Assembly: GCA_051362555.1 (NCBI GenBank)
Contig: CM120641.1
Coordinates: 22,258,001-22,322,000, forward strand
DNA length: 64,000 bases
DNA from: Lingula anatina
Lineage: Eukaryota > Animalia > Brachiopoda
Direction: 5' to 3'
Below, piece after piece: positions 28,601 to 43,100 of this stretch (positions are counted from its first letter, which is position 1; each line of letters begins with the position of its first letter). The position numbers were made by a program, and so were the translations under genes. Under the pieces are notes generated by a model. That model was not told where the DNA came from. It worked only from the letters and a program-made list of their open reading frames with translations, and made no database searches.

Positions 28601-31307
28601 AATGTCAATTGAAGATAATTTTTGTGTCAGTTTAAATTGCCAAGTGTAAATCTTTATAGTCTTTTTTTTTTTTTTTTTTGCAAATGTTTAAGACGAGAAA
28701 ACTTACATCATGGGTGTTATTGTTATTCATGTATATGATTTGAAGGTCATTAATATTTTCTTTACCTTAATTGCCATTGAGAATTAAATGAATGTACATA
28801 ATTAATCTGCGGCCCTGGTAGAGGGAAAGGGTGATGCTGGTGGCATTATCCCCTGCCAGAGCGGCAGTCATTAGCGCAAGAAGCAGAAGTGGTTTAGGGG
28901 AATCCCCCTACCTGTCACTACCGTGTATTTCATTTCGGAATGGTGACACTCCTCCCACAAACATTATTTTAAACTTTAAGTTAACCAGATGATTTTTGGA
29001 CATGTGTATCCTAGTTGCTACTATGCTCTGTCCCAATGGATGGAGTACTCCTAGTTATTTGTTCTCTTTCTGTTCTTCATAGGTTGTGGTGGTCTGTACC
29101 AGTCGTCTCCTGGTCTCCTGATGTCTCCTAATTACCCAAATAACTACCCTAGCGGACAAGACTGTAACTACACAATCGTGCCCCAGCAGGATACCCTGTT
29201 ACAGAGGCTCACCTTCGTGGCTATGTCGATTCAGGTGCACGCGACTTGTTATTATGATTGGGTTCAGGTGAGTTACATAACGTGCTTGAATTTCTTCCTT
29301 TTTGTGTATTTACAGTGTTACAAAGTGAGGTTTTGCCTTCGACACCTCTTTTCACCTACATAATTTACCTAAACCCCCTCACACTGGAAGGCGTTTCTTG
29401 TGCGACAAGGAAACTGACCAGGGCCCCATAACTCGATAGCATCACGCATTGCGACAGAGCGCAAGCGTCTCGATTCCATAACTCGCCCATACTCATATAA
29501 AACATTGTAGCCTCTGTGTGATATCACTATTCGCAATACGCGATGCTTTCGAGTTAATTACGGGGACCTGGCCGCCGTTGGACAGAAGCAATGTAACAGC
29601 ACTCTCATGGAAATCCTTGTCAACTAAGCCAACTTGTTATATTATTTATTGTTTATTGAAACATAAACCATGGGTTTTAGACACATAATATGAGAATCAC
29701 GCTGATGTCATCACTTTTAGGTAAAAGTCATTGGCGGGGTTGCGTTCAAAGAGAAGTACTGTGGTGCCACGTTACCGCCCGATATCTATGGCGCTGGCTT
29801 TGAGGTTCTCTTTCATTCTGACTCCTACACGCAGTCCACTGGCTTTCATATCATCTACTATCCAGGTATGTGACACAGCCGTTATTGTCATAATGTTGTG
29901 TGTTTTTGGTCATTGTAATACATGTAGGTCTCAAATGATCTCGATATATTGTGGAACTCTGTAACCACTGCGCTGTGTATCCCAAAGAAATGTATGTGTA
30001 ACTTGAGTGTGTACCGTGAAGAGTGACGAGCTAAAGTGTTCAGTACAAACAACACCACGAAGTCCCCCAAATATCTTTATTTGTGTGCATTAACTAGTTA
30101 AAAAATATCAGTACAGAGAAAATTACAACTGGGGGGTGGGGGATTGGAGGTGGGGTAGGGGGTGGTGATTGTGTACGTGTACCTGGAAACGCGCAACTTT
30201 CCTTATTAAATTCAAATTATTATGTACTTGACTTCTTTTTTGTCATTTTTTTTATCCATCCGAATCTATCTGATAAGAGCCAAGTTTTAAATTAAAATCT
30301 TTGTACGCAATTGGATCCTTCCCCATCCGGTTCTCTCCCAATCTTTTTTGCCCTCTGAGTCATTTTCTTATTGCAACAATCCTTATTCAAACCAAGTTAC
30401 AACATGAAAACTACCGGCAAGGTATAATATCGGTACATATAGTCCACTATAAGTTGCCTTAAAATAATTCACAAATTCACAAGTCAATAGATTGAGTGAC
30501 AGCGCTGCTTCATCGTTTCAGTTGAAAATATCACTTACAATGAGTGGAGCTCGTGGAGCCAGTGCAGTGTCACATGCGGACCAGGCACGCGACAGCGGAC
30601 GCGAACTTGTAATGTTACAGACACCTCGTCCGCTGCGGAGTTCGTGTCCTGTGGAGAAAATAGCACGGACACCGATACATGTCAGGGATTTATGGAAATT
30701 TGCCCCGTGCCATTAGGAAATGGTAAGTCTGTGGAAATTAACATTTTATTGAAGCAAAACATTTGTACATTAACTTAACTAACCGTCAATTTCAGGTTAT
30801 TTATTTTCTTTTTAAGTTTAAATTGTACACTTTAAAACTTTATCGTCCTTATACCCACGGATTTAGATTAATATAAGATTAATGTAAAATTAATTGTTAT
30901 TTATATACTAGAAGATTAAACATTATTTATTTAGCCAATATCATTTGAAAACCCGATAGATTTTCTTTATCTTGCCCATATACTATCTACAGGGTGCGGG
31001 GCCTTGTACATGTCAGTCCCAGGCCGAGTGACATCTCCCGGCTATCCCGGGAACTATCCTTCGTACAGCGACTGTACATACACCGTGCTGGCCAATCACA
31101 GCGCCCCTCTGCTCAGGCTGACCTTCACCTCCATGCACATTGAAAGTTCCTACTCTGGGGCTTGCAATTATGATTACGTACAGGTATTATAACGTGTATC
31201 TGCACCAGAATCATCATTTGTTCTCAGAGTTCGAGAGCATAAAAACACAATAAAAAAACATTGGTCTGCACCACAGATGAATCTCTTACTTACCTTTTTA
31301 TGCACAA

Positions 31308-31346
<39 letters not shown>

Positions 31347-33197
31347 TAATAAATAAACACCGTTACCAATCATTGATGTTTGTGCTCTGTTTATGATATC
31401 TTTTAGGTTCGTGTTTTAGAACCAAATGGAGCCTCTACAAAGCTATGCGGCACAAGCCTACCCGCTGATATATACGGTCCTGGTTTTGAGCTGACTTTTG
31501 AGTCAGATTTTGGCACACAATATACTGGGTTTGAAGCCTTTTACTACCCCGGTACGTAGACATTGATGGCACGGTGAGGTTATAATAATTTGGCATTGCG
31601 CACCAAACGGCGGCAAAAGAAATGTCTGCGACATTTGTTGCATGTACTCTACCCGGTATTGGTTACATGCACATAGTTGTTGTTCTTGTACGAAAAAAAT
31701 ATATATTAACTGAAATGTGTGTTTTGAAAGTAAATATTTACGTCCCAAATTTATTGTACGTGCCAAAAAATCAGTGGGCGTAAAGGCAAATAAACATTAG
31801 ATATGACCAGCACGAACAGATTGGATTCTATATTGATACATAAAGCATCCATTTCCGTTCCTAGTGCGTCGACACCTTATATCCATTGACCATATTTATT
31901 GCTGTTTTCTAGTTGAAAATGTAACGTACAGTGAGTGGAGTAATTGGAGCACTTGTAGCCAAAGTTGCGGAGTATCCACACAGACAAGAAGCAGGACCTG
32001 TGACGTGCCTGGTTATACTTCCACTCACTGTACCAACACCACAGACACCAAGAGCTGCACCGCCTTCATGGCGCAATGTCCTGTTGGTGGTTCAAATGGT
32101 GAGTATTGTGAATGAGCAAAAATGAAAAAAGAAAAAAAAAAGACTCAACAGACATGTACGGCCAAAACGAATTTATCGCATAAGCTCTGCTGTATAAAAA
32201 AACACTATTCTTAGAAATGAATAAGCGAATATGTTTTGATATGGTGAATACAAATGGTTCTGGAATCAAGTTTTTGTTGATATTTTTGTTGTCCATAGGT
32301 TGCGGAGGAATGTATTTCTCTGTCCCCGGAATAGTGCAGTCCCCCAATTTTCCCGGTACATATCCAAGCAGTCAGAACTGCTTGTACACCATTCAGGCTG
32401 AAGTCTACGGGACATTACTAAACTTGTCGTTCTCAGATTTTCAACTTGAAAGCAGTAGTGTCTGCCGTGACCGCCTTGAGGTTAGTTTCATTCATTATCG
32501 AATATAATATAATATAATATAATATAATATAATATAATATAATATAATATACGTGTATGATACAGGCTATAGAAAATACATGTTTTGTAAGCAATGTTCA
32601 TCTCTTTACCTTGATCTTGTAACCTCCGCGGTGTATTGATCTCATGACATCATGTTCCTTTACACATCACGTCACTGGATCCTCTCGGATTTCAGAAATT
32701 TTCATGACATCCTTACGGATTTTTAGAAAAAAAATCATTGCATCATGTTGTTTTACACACCATGTCTTAGTGCCCTCCCGGCTCCCGGTTAGAAAATATA
32801 ATGACATTATTTTTATTTACAGATCATGCCACAGGGTTGTCCAAGGTTTTTAAAAATCTTACGACATCACATTCCTTTACAGATCATGTCTTTGGATCTT
32901 CTCGGATTAAAAAAAGTTCATGGCATCATGTACCCATACAGATCACGTCACTGGCTCCTCCTGGATTTTACAAAATCTCATAGCATGATGTTTTTTTTTA
33001 CAGATCATGCCACTGGATCCTCCTGGAACACCGCAAAGTTACTGCGGTACAGACACGCCCCCGAACCTCGTTGGTTTTGCATTTCAGCTGAATTTTATCA
33101 GTGATTCATCTGTGAATAAAAATGGTTTTAGAGCCATATACACAGAAACCAGTAAGTAAACAATATTAAACATCTTTTGAAAGTGGAGCAATAAGTG

Positions 33198-33274
<77 letters not shown>

Positions 33275-33697
33275 ACATGTGTATGTGCACAATACATGTA
33301 TAGAAGTGTTTTGCTTTTTGGTGGTCGTTGTGCTTATTGTTTCTTAGGAACATTTCAATGATTAATTTCAAATGTTGTTAGATATTTGTTTGCAGTCATT
33401 TCAGGTTTAAATTTTAAGTTATTTGAGGGCTTGATGTTGTCAAACATAGCTTTACATACCGTTTCATGCCGTTTAAACAAAATCCGAACGAGGACGGGTT
33501 TCACGGTTCTTGTATATATATGCTAAGCACGTGTTGTCTATTTAGATATTTCTTCATGGGAGGCTTGGGGGAGTTGGGAAGGGTGCTCACTGAACGGCAC
33601 TCGTTCTCGCACCAGGCAATGTCAGCCATCACCGGGACTGTGTAACGGAACATCGGTAGACGTTAGTGATGGATGCCGTAAGTTGTAAAAGCTCTGA

Positions 33698-33741
<44 letters not shown>

Positions 33742-36700
33742 CATTTTTCGTTATAAACAGTCTTTATATAACCATGTGCTTTACATCACGTTGCTTTCCC
33801 TCATGCACTTCTTTTTACCTGATTATTCATTCTTTTATCTTCCTCTTACAGCGTGCGACCGGAACATAACAAGTGTGCCTTATTGGCTGTCATCGCCAAA
33901 TTTTCCCGATCACTTTCCTCTCGGTCTTCGGTGTGTGTACGCTGTAGACACATCGGCGGGGAACATCACTGCAGAATTCTTCAACTTCAGTCTGGGAGCC
34001 AGCGGATCTTGTCACGAGACCAACCTATCGGTAGATAAGAAATTACTTTCTATCTTTTATCTTTAGCGTTAAACAATACCAAAACCTTATGATTATATCA
34101 AACGCACTAATTTAGTTACATATAATAGGGGGCCTATGATAGCCCCAAGCAGCCGATACTGGTGCGATATGTGACAGAAATATATAGTTGAAAAAGTATC
34201 GAGTATGACATAACGAACATGATTTTTAAAATGTCGTTACCATTTTACTCATATATATATAGGAATTTGATCTTTTCATCGTTCTCAGATATGGAAAACC
34301 AACCCTGACGAATTCCTGGGGGTGTTCTGTGGAGACGATATGCCGCCCAGAATGGACGGGAGCTCTTTTCGTTTGGTATTCACGACAACTGTTTCCGGCA
34401 CCGGCCCGTACAATGGGTTCGATATGTATATAAACATTGGTGAGAAACTGTTGTTAGAAGATCAGTGTGCAGAAAGCATATAAGTTTGTGTAAACGTGCA
34501 TATTTTATCCAAATATCACTGATATATATAAGACTGTAGAGTTGATATTGATTGGCACCCAGCGTTCATGGAGTAACCTCAATGCAATTGTATGGTCAGT
34601 TTGATAGCAAACGTTTATGTTATACAGTGTATGGTGCTTCGAAAAATAATTTTAAAAAACTTAACTAAATAAACGCATGTCTGTAAACAACACAATCTAT
34701 AGAAAAATTACGTTGAGCATCACTGCATGATTTATCTGATGATTTCAGGAAACATTGACATGGTACACTCCATGTACCTTCCAATGAAGGAAGTGGCAGC
34801 AGACAATACCATATACGGCTCAATTAACGGTCACTATGCTAGATTTCACGGTGTCCCGGAATACAGCTCTAGCTCTACAAGTCGGTACAACTTTCTAGAC
34901 TTTCACAAAAGCAATGGATAGAGATTTAAAGATACAGGGTTGCTACTTAATATGGAATATTTTTTATCATTGTTATTTTTGAGTGCTGATTAAATATTTT
35001 TTGGCTTGATTCATCAAAAAAGTATATCATTGAGTGAGAAAAATATCCAGTCTTCCATTGTGAGATATTTTGGTCAATAATATCAAATCTGACATAAGAT
35101 GTCATTCAAAAGAAAAGAACACCCCCCCGAAAACCATATCAACAGTTTGATGTCAGTATTAACTTTAAGCTAAGATATTAAAGAAAATGATAGCCTCCGG
35201 ACAGTGATAAGTTACACAGTCAAAGAAATCATTACAGTAAATCATGAAAAGTCATCAATAGCGGGTATGACCTCCAGCAGCCGCTTGCAGCGCCCTCATC
35301 CTACATGCCATACCCTGTGACAAGTTTTTTAGAGTTTGGATGTTGATATCATTCCACGCAGTGATATTTGCCTGTCGCATTTCATCACTATTTACCGGCC
35401 GATGACCATAGCTATTAATTCTCTGAGTTACTTCCGCCCACAGATTTTCAATTGGGTTCATTACTGGGGAGTTTGCAGGCCAGGGCAGTTGCTGAACCTA
35501 CTGGTTTTGAAGAAAAACAGTGATTCTGCGAGCTCGATGTGGGGTTGCACAGTCGTCTTGGTACACAAAGCTGTTCCTAAAGATGACTCTTACAAATCGA
35601 AGCATTGTTTGCTGTAGAATGTCTCTGTAGGAACCCTGGTTGAGGTTGCCTCCCAGAAAAACCAACTGGTTCTGGACACCGGCATGGAATGCTCCCCAAA
35701 CAGAGACGTTACCACCCCCTGCTTGCACCCTAAGTAGTACACAATCATTGTTTTATGCCTCTTGTACACATCGGCGGACACGGATTCGACAGTCAACCCC
35801 CAAAATTCCATATCTGACCTCGTCACTGAAAACGACGTGATTCCAGTGTTTTGGCTGCAAAAGCACGTGGTCCCCAGCCCATTGCAGACGTCGCTGTATA
35901 TGACCTGCTGTTAACAGTGGTTTACGTACTGGTCTTCGTGCAAAATAACCAGTTTGCTGTAATCTTTTGTTCACAAGGGACCTTGAAACGGCCCCGGGCG
36001 TTTGAAAGGCATTCTGCCACTCTTTTTTTAGGACACTGGTTGTCTTTGTACGACCAGCACGGCGCACTCTAAGGAGAAGGCGATCCTGTCTTTTTGGTGT
36101 GGTACGCGGACACCCTGGTGGAAGTATTGGAGTAGGTGCCCCTGTTGTAGCATTTGTTTGGAGGACTTTATTAACGGTTCCTGAAAAATGTTGAATTGTC
36201 TGGCAATGGCTATCCGTTTCTAGCCATTTTCTCTGAGAGCAAGAATCCCATAGTAAGCTGCGTTGCTTAGCTGTCGAACCATATCTTCTCTAAGGTAACT
36301 GACAAGTTTCAGAGCGATCCCTTTGTTGCTTCTCTAAATACACTCCAAAGATTGACCAAACCCATGCGCTTTTATACAAGGGCAGAAATTGCCGAAAAGA
36401 CCACCCCTCACATTTCTGACCACAGAACATGCAACTGCTTACATTAATTGTTTCGAAAGTTGCATGGTAATTAGGTAACACACCTGGCTACACATAGAGT
36501 GACACCTCAGTTTTGGATTTAAAATAGTTGGAGAGAAATTAAATATTTTGTAGAACATTTTCTCGACAAAAAATAATATTCCATATTAAGTGGTAACCCT
36601 GTAGTTTTAGAAATAATTTTTTCACAGGGAGATGTGTGGTAATTTGTGATTAAGGGTTAAGCGGATGTTGTTTTAATTTTCTCAAACAGGATGGGATTGG

Positions 36701-39020
36701 GAAGTCTCCAACAGTAAAAGTTTATCCAATCAAAACCGGAACAGCCCCTAACACGCTGTAATTCCATATCTAACTCATTAATCGATTTATTATTATACCT
36801 TGCAGGCGACGCCCTTTCTCTTGACGGTCAGAACACATACATCACTGTGTTTGACGGCCTTAATGGATACCAAGAAAACCATTGTATTAGTAATCCCGGT
36901 CAATGCCACGCGGGTTACACAATGACCTTTAGATTGAGAATGCCGTCTCTGACCTACGACTGTTCCATAGGTATGGAGTGATGTCTTACTTCCTCGATTT
37001 TATGCTGAATTTTCAGTAAAAATGATTTTTTCTGGTTTTAACACTTGTGCTCATTTGTTTTTTTCAGAGACAGTAACCTGTGCTAGTACATACGATGACG
37101 AAGAGGCCTACTGTTACGGGAGCACCTGTCGGTAAGTATTGGTGCAACCAAGCAATTGAAAATCACATATACTTAAAAACGACCACAGTAAAGTTCGGAA
37201 GATTTTCGTAAATTCTAAGATTTATCAGCAGAATCTGTGTTTTACAGTTTATTTCACCCTTGCCCATTGATAGAAAGTTAATGTGTCAGCAGATTTGCTT
37301 TTTGGATATTTTGTAATAATAGCATGATGATCCCGTAACCGTGGAGCTGGTCTAACATGTCCTAATACATGCCGTAAGTAAAAAAAACTCTCTATTCGAA
37401 CATTATGTTTGAATGTACCAAAATGTTATAAAGCGGCGAACTCGCAATTCGAATACAGTGTACGTGTCAGATGTCTTTCTGGAAGCCATCTATTAACATA
37501 TATATCATATATAGCGGTTAAAAGTATATGGCATCTACTTTCTTTGTACCTCAGATTTGTCTGTCCGCCCGGCTGTAGTACCCATAGCGGAGGTGTTGTC
37601 GGTTCCAGCGAGCAGTTTTATGTGAGTTCATTTCCAAATTACGTTTTGTCCATAGAAAGTTCCAAGATGGGTTTGTTTATGTGCTTAGCTACTTTGCTAT
37701 ATTCAGATCTCTTTTTATAGTTTGACTTGGCTGTCACAGGGGCGGATCGAGACCGTTTTCTGGGTCTTCCAAATAATCTGGACCAATTCCGCCACGCTGT
37801 TTAAAAAGAATGGGACAATATCCCACAAAACAGAATTTTAACCCTTGTTGAAGGCTTGTCGCGCCGCCTACAGGAGATAATTGCAGTACGCGGTAGACAC
37901 ACACGCTATTAGGCACGTGACCTTTAAAGAGCACACCCTCACGCTAATTGTGTGTAAATTTGGTGACATTTGATGGACTCTTTTCAATTTAATAGATATT
38001 TCTTTACATCTGTGGAGATCACAGTGAAACATTGGATTTGAGGGGGTACCTGTTATAAATTTGACTAAATGGTATAAAATGTGCATTTTTTCACCACTAT
38101 TTTGTATTTTCTGAACCATTAATCATGTTAGACATGGAATCTGGAATAAAAAGCACCGTTTATAGCAAATTACATCTGTGAGGGGATCATTTGTAAATAT
38201 AAGTACATGGAAATGGGGGTGGGACAACGTTTTGGACCAATGTTGTATATATGCTGATATTTTCCTTTTTAGTACAGCTCCTCAATCTGCGTTGCAGCTG
38301 TATTGGACGGAGAGATCCGTGCGAGCGTTGGCGGAGTTGTAACCCTTGAAGAGCTAGGATGGAAAGACAACTTCACGTCTGTTGATCAAAATGGCGTAAC
38401 ATCTCAGAAGTACGTTTGTGTCTTATGGTGCTGTTGACAGTGCTGTTGGGGTTATCATAATTTTGAATGTAACTTTGTAGCTGTATCACTCACATTATAC
38501 ATGTTAATTACCAGGGGCCACTTCAATTGGGGATAACTGTGGATAACGCAGTTCACTGGGTAAAATTGTTATGCTCTCGACGGTGATCCTGAAAATAACA
38601 GTCATTTTCACTAGTGCATAGCAATATCACTATCAGGGACAAAGGAGAATCCACCGTTTTGGAAACATCATTTCACCATTAAACTGCCCAGAGGATAACA
38701 ATAGGATAGCGCTACCCTACTGTGTTGTTACTGGGCCCAGTACTGAAAATTTTGAATTTAATATTCGAATCGTTTTACACGAAAGAAAAAGATATTTTCG
38801 CAAATTTGCTGCCATGAGTTAACAGTGCAGAATGGCCAAAGTATTCATTTTAATACTGATCAGGACGTTCTGAATGACGATGGTCGCTGTTGTGTGTCTA
38901 AGTCATTTCGTGCAGGAAAGTAGCTTAATATACTGGTATTTATCTCTTTTCAGTCGCACAAGTAGAGGACGAGCGTTCCGATTTGTGGCTTCAGGTAAAA
39001 GCTGCTCTTATCAGACAACG

Positions 39021-39055
<35 letters not shown>

Positions 39056-40138
39056 ACCAACAATACATGAAAGCCTAATTAGTTTGTCTGTACTATCTGT
39101 TATATTCATTTACGTGTTGGAACAGAAAAAGACTTCTGAAAGACTGGAAGAAAGGGAAAGGCTTACATTAAGCCCCCCTCACAAAAATGTTTCCAAATTA
39201 CTTTAATGAAAAGGCACATTGTCAAACTAGGTGCGTGCACGCTTACTTTTGAAAAGCTGAACTAAAATACTTCCATTTTACAATTGAAATAAAATGATTC
39301 AACAATCATCTTAAATAGAATCAATTCTGTCCGCACTTGTGTGTGTGCGTGCGTGTGTGCATGTATGTTTGTGTGTGCGTGCTGGCATCCGTGTGTGTTT
39401 TAATGGTATAACGCAAGGAATAATTCTGTTGTGTTAATATCTTTCAGTACCTGTGCTAAATTGTCAGTCTACGTTAGATGACACATATTGCCCGAGTTCT
39501 AGCGACCTCAACTGCACGTAAGTAACAATACTTTTAAGTATTTAGAAATACTGGTAACTGTAAGATTGACCCTCTCAGATTTTGATGAAAATTGGTGAAT
39601 TTACATGATCTTATTGTTTCAAACCAACACGATTGATATTTTAATTTTTTTTATAACGTCATGGTAACAGCACTGTTACGCTCCATAATAAATTCTATAA
39701 AGTGAAAATAGTTAAACCATTGTTAAGGCTAGCTCATGTTTAACGAACGTAAAGGTAGATAAGGAATGTGAGTATAAATATAAGTTGACTTGAGTTTGTC
39801 ATTATACAGTACAGCAGTAAATGAAGACACATATATATTAATAATGGTGAGCGTGATTAACTAACAGTGTACCCGCTGAGCAACACGTCAGTCATATCAA
39901 TCTCTATTTCCACTTAATCTATAGTGAATAATCTTATTTCAGATTTATTTGTCCTGCTGGTTGTGAGAATGAACCAACTTATATATACGGCACATCGGAG
40001 TATTCCTATGTAAGTAATAACCATTATATCAGGTAACGGAAATACAAAATTTAGTTACAACAGCATACGTTAAAATATTCTTGGGTGTGAAAAAGAAGAA
40101 TGTACATTATTATTGGGACAAAAAACACCAAGTTATTC

Positions 40139-40172
<34 letters not shown>

Positions 40173-43100
40173 GTTGAATCTCCTTTAAATGATATACGTC
40201 AAGATAGATCATCAAAATATGTATAACTTGAAAAATAATTTCTAATAAGTCGAAAATCGTCTGCTAATTTTTGGTTGCTTTATTTCATGTCAGTCTAAAA
40301 TGTACGTCGATAGTCGTATATTACACATTGTAGCAATACATAATGTATATAATCAGTAGAAAAAAACTAGAAAGATTCAAACTTACTTTCAAGGACTGAT
40401 TTCTACCGTCAAGTCGTTTCGTTTTGATTCTTGCGTGCTGCTTCATACAAAAGACCAGTTTGTTAAAAAGTCGTTGAGGTATCGGCCAACCAATTGTAAT
40501 TCATCTTTTTTTTAAATTCAAATAATAATGATAATATTGCGTCCATTCTAGGATTCTCCAATCTGCAAGGCGGCCTTACACCATGGTCCTAGTGACGGAT
40601 TGACAGTGGGGCAGACGGGCAAAGTGGTAGTCCAGAAGGCCGGTAATCTGACAGAGTTCATGTCCAACACAAAAAATAATATAGATTCTTACACGTAAGT
40701 GTCAAGTTCTAGTGTTATGTGGTGATTATTATAAATTTGTATCATCTTCTCCTAAAATTGAGGTATCGGTTTGTTTAATTTCAATACGGATGTACAGTTT
40801 GTATATGTGACCAAAAATGCTTACTAGCTTACTAATATAAAAATCTTGTTATCTGCTATATGATATATTCATTAGATAGACCCCTCATTAGAAAGATGCT
40901 ATCATGAATATTTGTGAAAAGATCAAGCCAACAGACGTCTGGTGTGGGTATATTAACAGCCGAATTTTACCAATATTTCAGAAATACTATTGGGGGACCT
41001 AGCTATCGTTTTATTCCGGTCTCTTATCAGACAGGTAATTCAGTTTGTACACCTTTGTCTAGTTACATGTAAATGTATGAAGCAAGTGTGAATATTAAGA
41101 AATCGGCATCTTATCCTTTATTTTACTTAGGTAAACGTTCAAGACGATTTGCCTTTTTCAAAATTTATTTTTATCTTGACTATGGAAGAAAATTGCCTTA
41201 TCAGTCACTTTTTGTTTTCAAAAGTTAATTCAATTTTATTTTCATTTTGCTGCAGTCGAGAAGACGACATTAATATGGAGTGGGCCAAATGGCCTAATAC
41301 AGGTCTGGATGGAGGGCCAGACGCTTAAGGCCCACTTCATGACGGTGAGGGATGAGAATTCCACCCAGATGAACGGTAAGTTGAAGCAAATGCGATTGCA
41401 GTAATGCTCATTTGACGTTATATAGTGTTTAAAACACTTTTCTTCCTAAACAATGTTAATGATTACAATAGCTTTGCAAAATATGTAAGTATGATTGACC
41501 ATCTTATCTAGAACATGCTGAAAATAGAGCTTGGAAATTATGTCAAAAATTGAACATAAAATCAGTAGCATATCGCTTGAAAACTGTTCAGTATGTAGTG
41601 AACTCCGACGGAACTGGTACAGATGTAGATAGAACCTTAGCGAACAGATATGGATTATGGATACCAAATAAATGTGGCCATAAACGTTTTTATTCCAGTC
41701 GATAAATGGGAGGTTCAATATTCAGGATTCCCTTTTGGGACGTGGATGAACATAGCCATATTATGGGACACCGTAGACTTGAACCTGTACGTTACGAGGA
41801 CGTTGGTGGATACAGGAACCAAGTTTGCTACAACAGAAATGAAACCATCTGGAGATACTTCGTTCACTATTGGTAAAGCTCAGCGGAATCCAAGTCGCTG
41901 TCACAACCTCGAAATGTATGATTTCTATTATGAAGACCACTACGTGCCTTGGGCAGAGATCTTGGTTTTGCAGACAATAAACAAATGTAAGGAGACGATG
42001 TTTTTTGTTTTAATTTTAATTTCAGTGCATTTTTCAGTCATTATAACAACATTGTAAATATTGTAGAACATATATATTCTTTACACGTTCGTCGGTTAAA
42101 AGCAACGAAGTTTAACACGAGTATCGAAAATACAGTTCTTACATGTAACACATACATTTACTCGCATGAGTAAGACAACATACCTGGTAAACTTACATGT
42201 ACCGATTTGTTTTAGTCAAAACATTCATTGTAACTCCAAAATATGATAGTATTCACATCGTTTTGTATCTTGCGGTCTGAACAAATCCCACTGCATTGAT
42301 TTTAGTTCGTTAAATCTGAACTAAAATCAACCAAAGTACCATTCCTCTTTTCATCACCCCCCTCAAATGCGCGAACGTTAGAAAACATTGCTTCGGGATG
42401 TAGATACACGAATGCATGTTTATTTTTGATTTCAATACAATTATACCTACTTTTCATCATCTATATACTGTACAAATGCATGTTTGTCCGTACTAGAAGA
42501 TCCTACTCCTATTTGGGTACACAATGCTTCCACGTGTTGAAAAATAAATGGCAGCTTCTCGTAATTTCAGTTATTGACCCAGACTACTTTTATCTTCCCA
42601 TGGACTCTACAAACCTCGAAAACCCTAGTCACGTACGCACTACAAAATATGCCCATTTATCCGTTGAGGAAGGGGTATTTGGTAAGTTTCATTTGTTTTT
42701 TTTTCCTTGTCCCACTTACTATTTATGACCCTGCTATAGACGAAAAATTAAAAAAAAATATATGTCTCAAAAACCTTTAACACGATAAGTTAAAGGGATA
42801 ATAACTCTTCATATGGGATCTACATTTCACAATAAAAACATTCTGAACAACTCATAGAAATATAATATATTCGGTTTTACCACAAAAATGGCAGTTATAG
42901 CTATTATTCTGATATCTGAGCTTGTCTTCAGACCACGTGACCTCCATTGATGGCTATACTCTGTTATAATATCTTAAGAGATTTTAACAAAAAACCAAAC
43001 TTTTTAGAAAAAAACCAGGGACTTACTTTGAATGTAAAAATACATTCATTAACCATTGGTAAGCATGGGAAAATTGTTGCTTACTCCAGGAAAATTCATT

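Noticed and set aside
32643-33026. Regularly spaced repeats suggesting a CRISPR array
   Set aside because: Whole units are degenerate copies with no unique spacers; eukaryotic intron and no cas genes.
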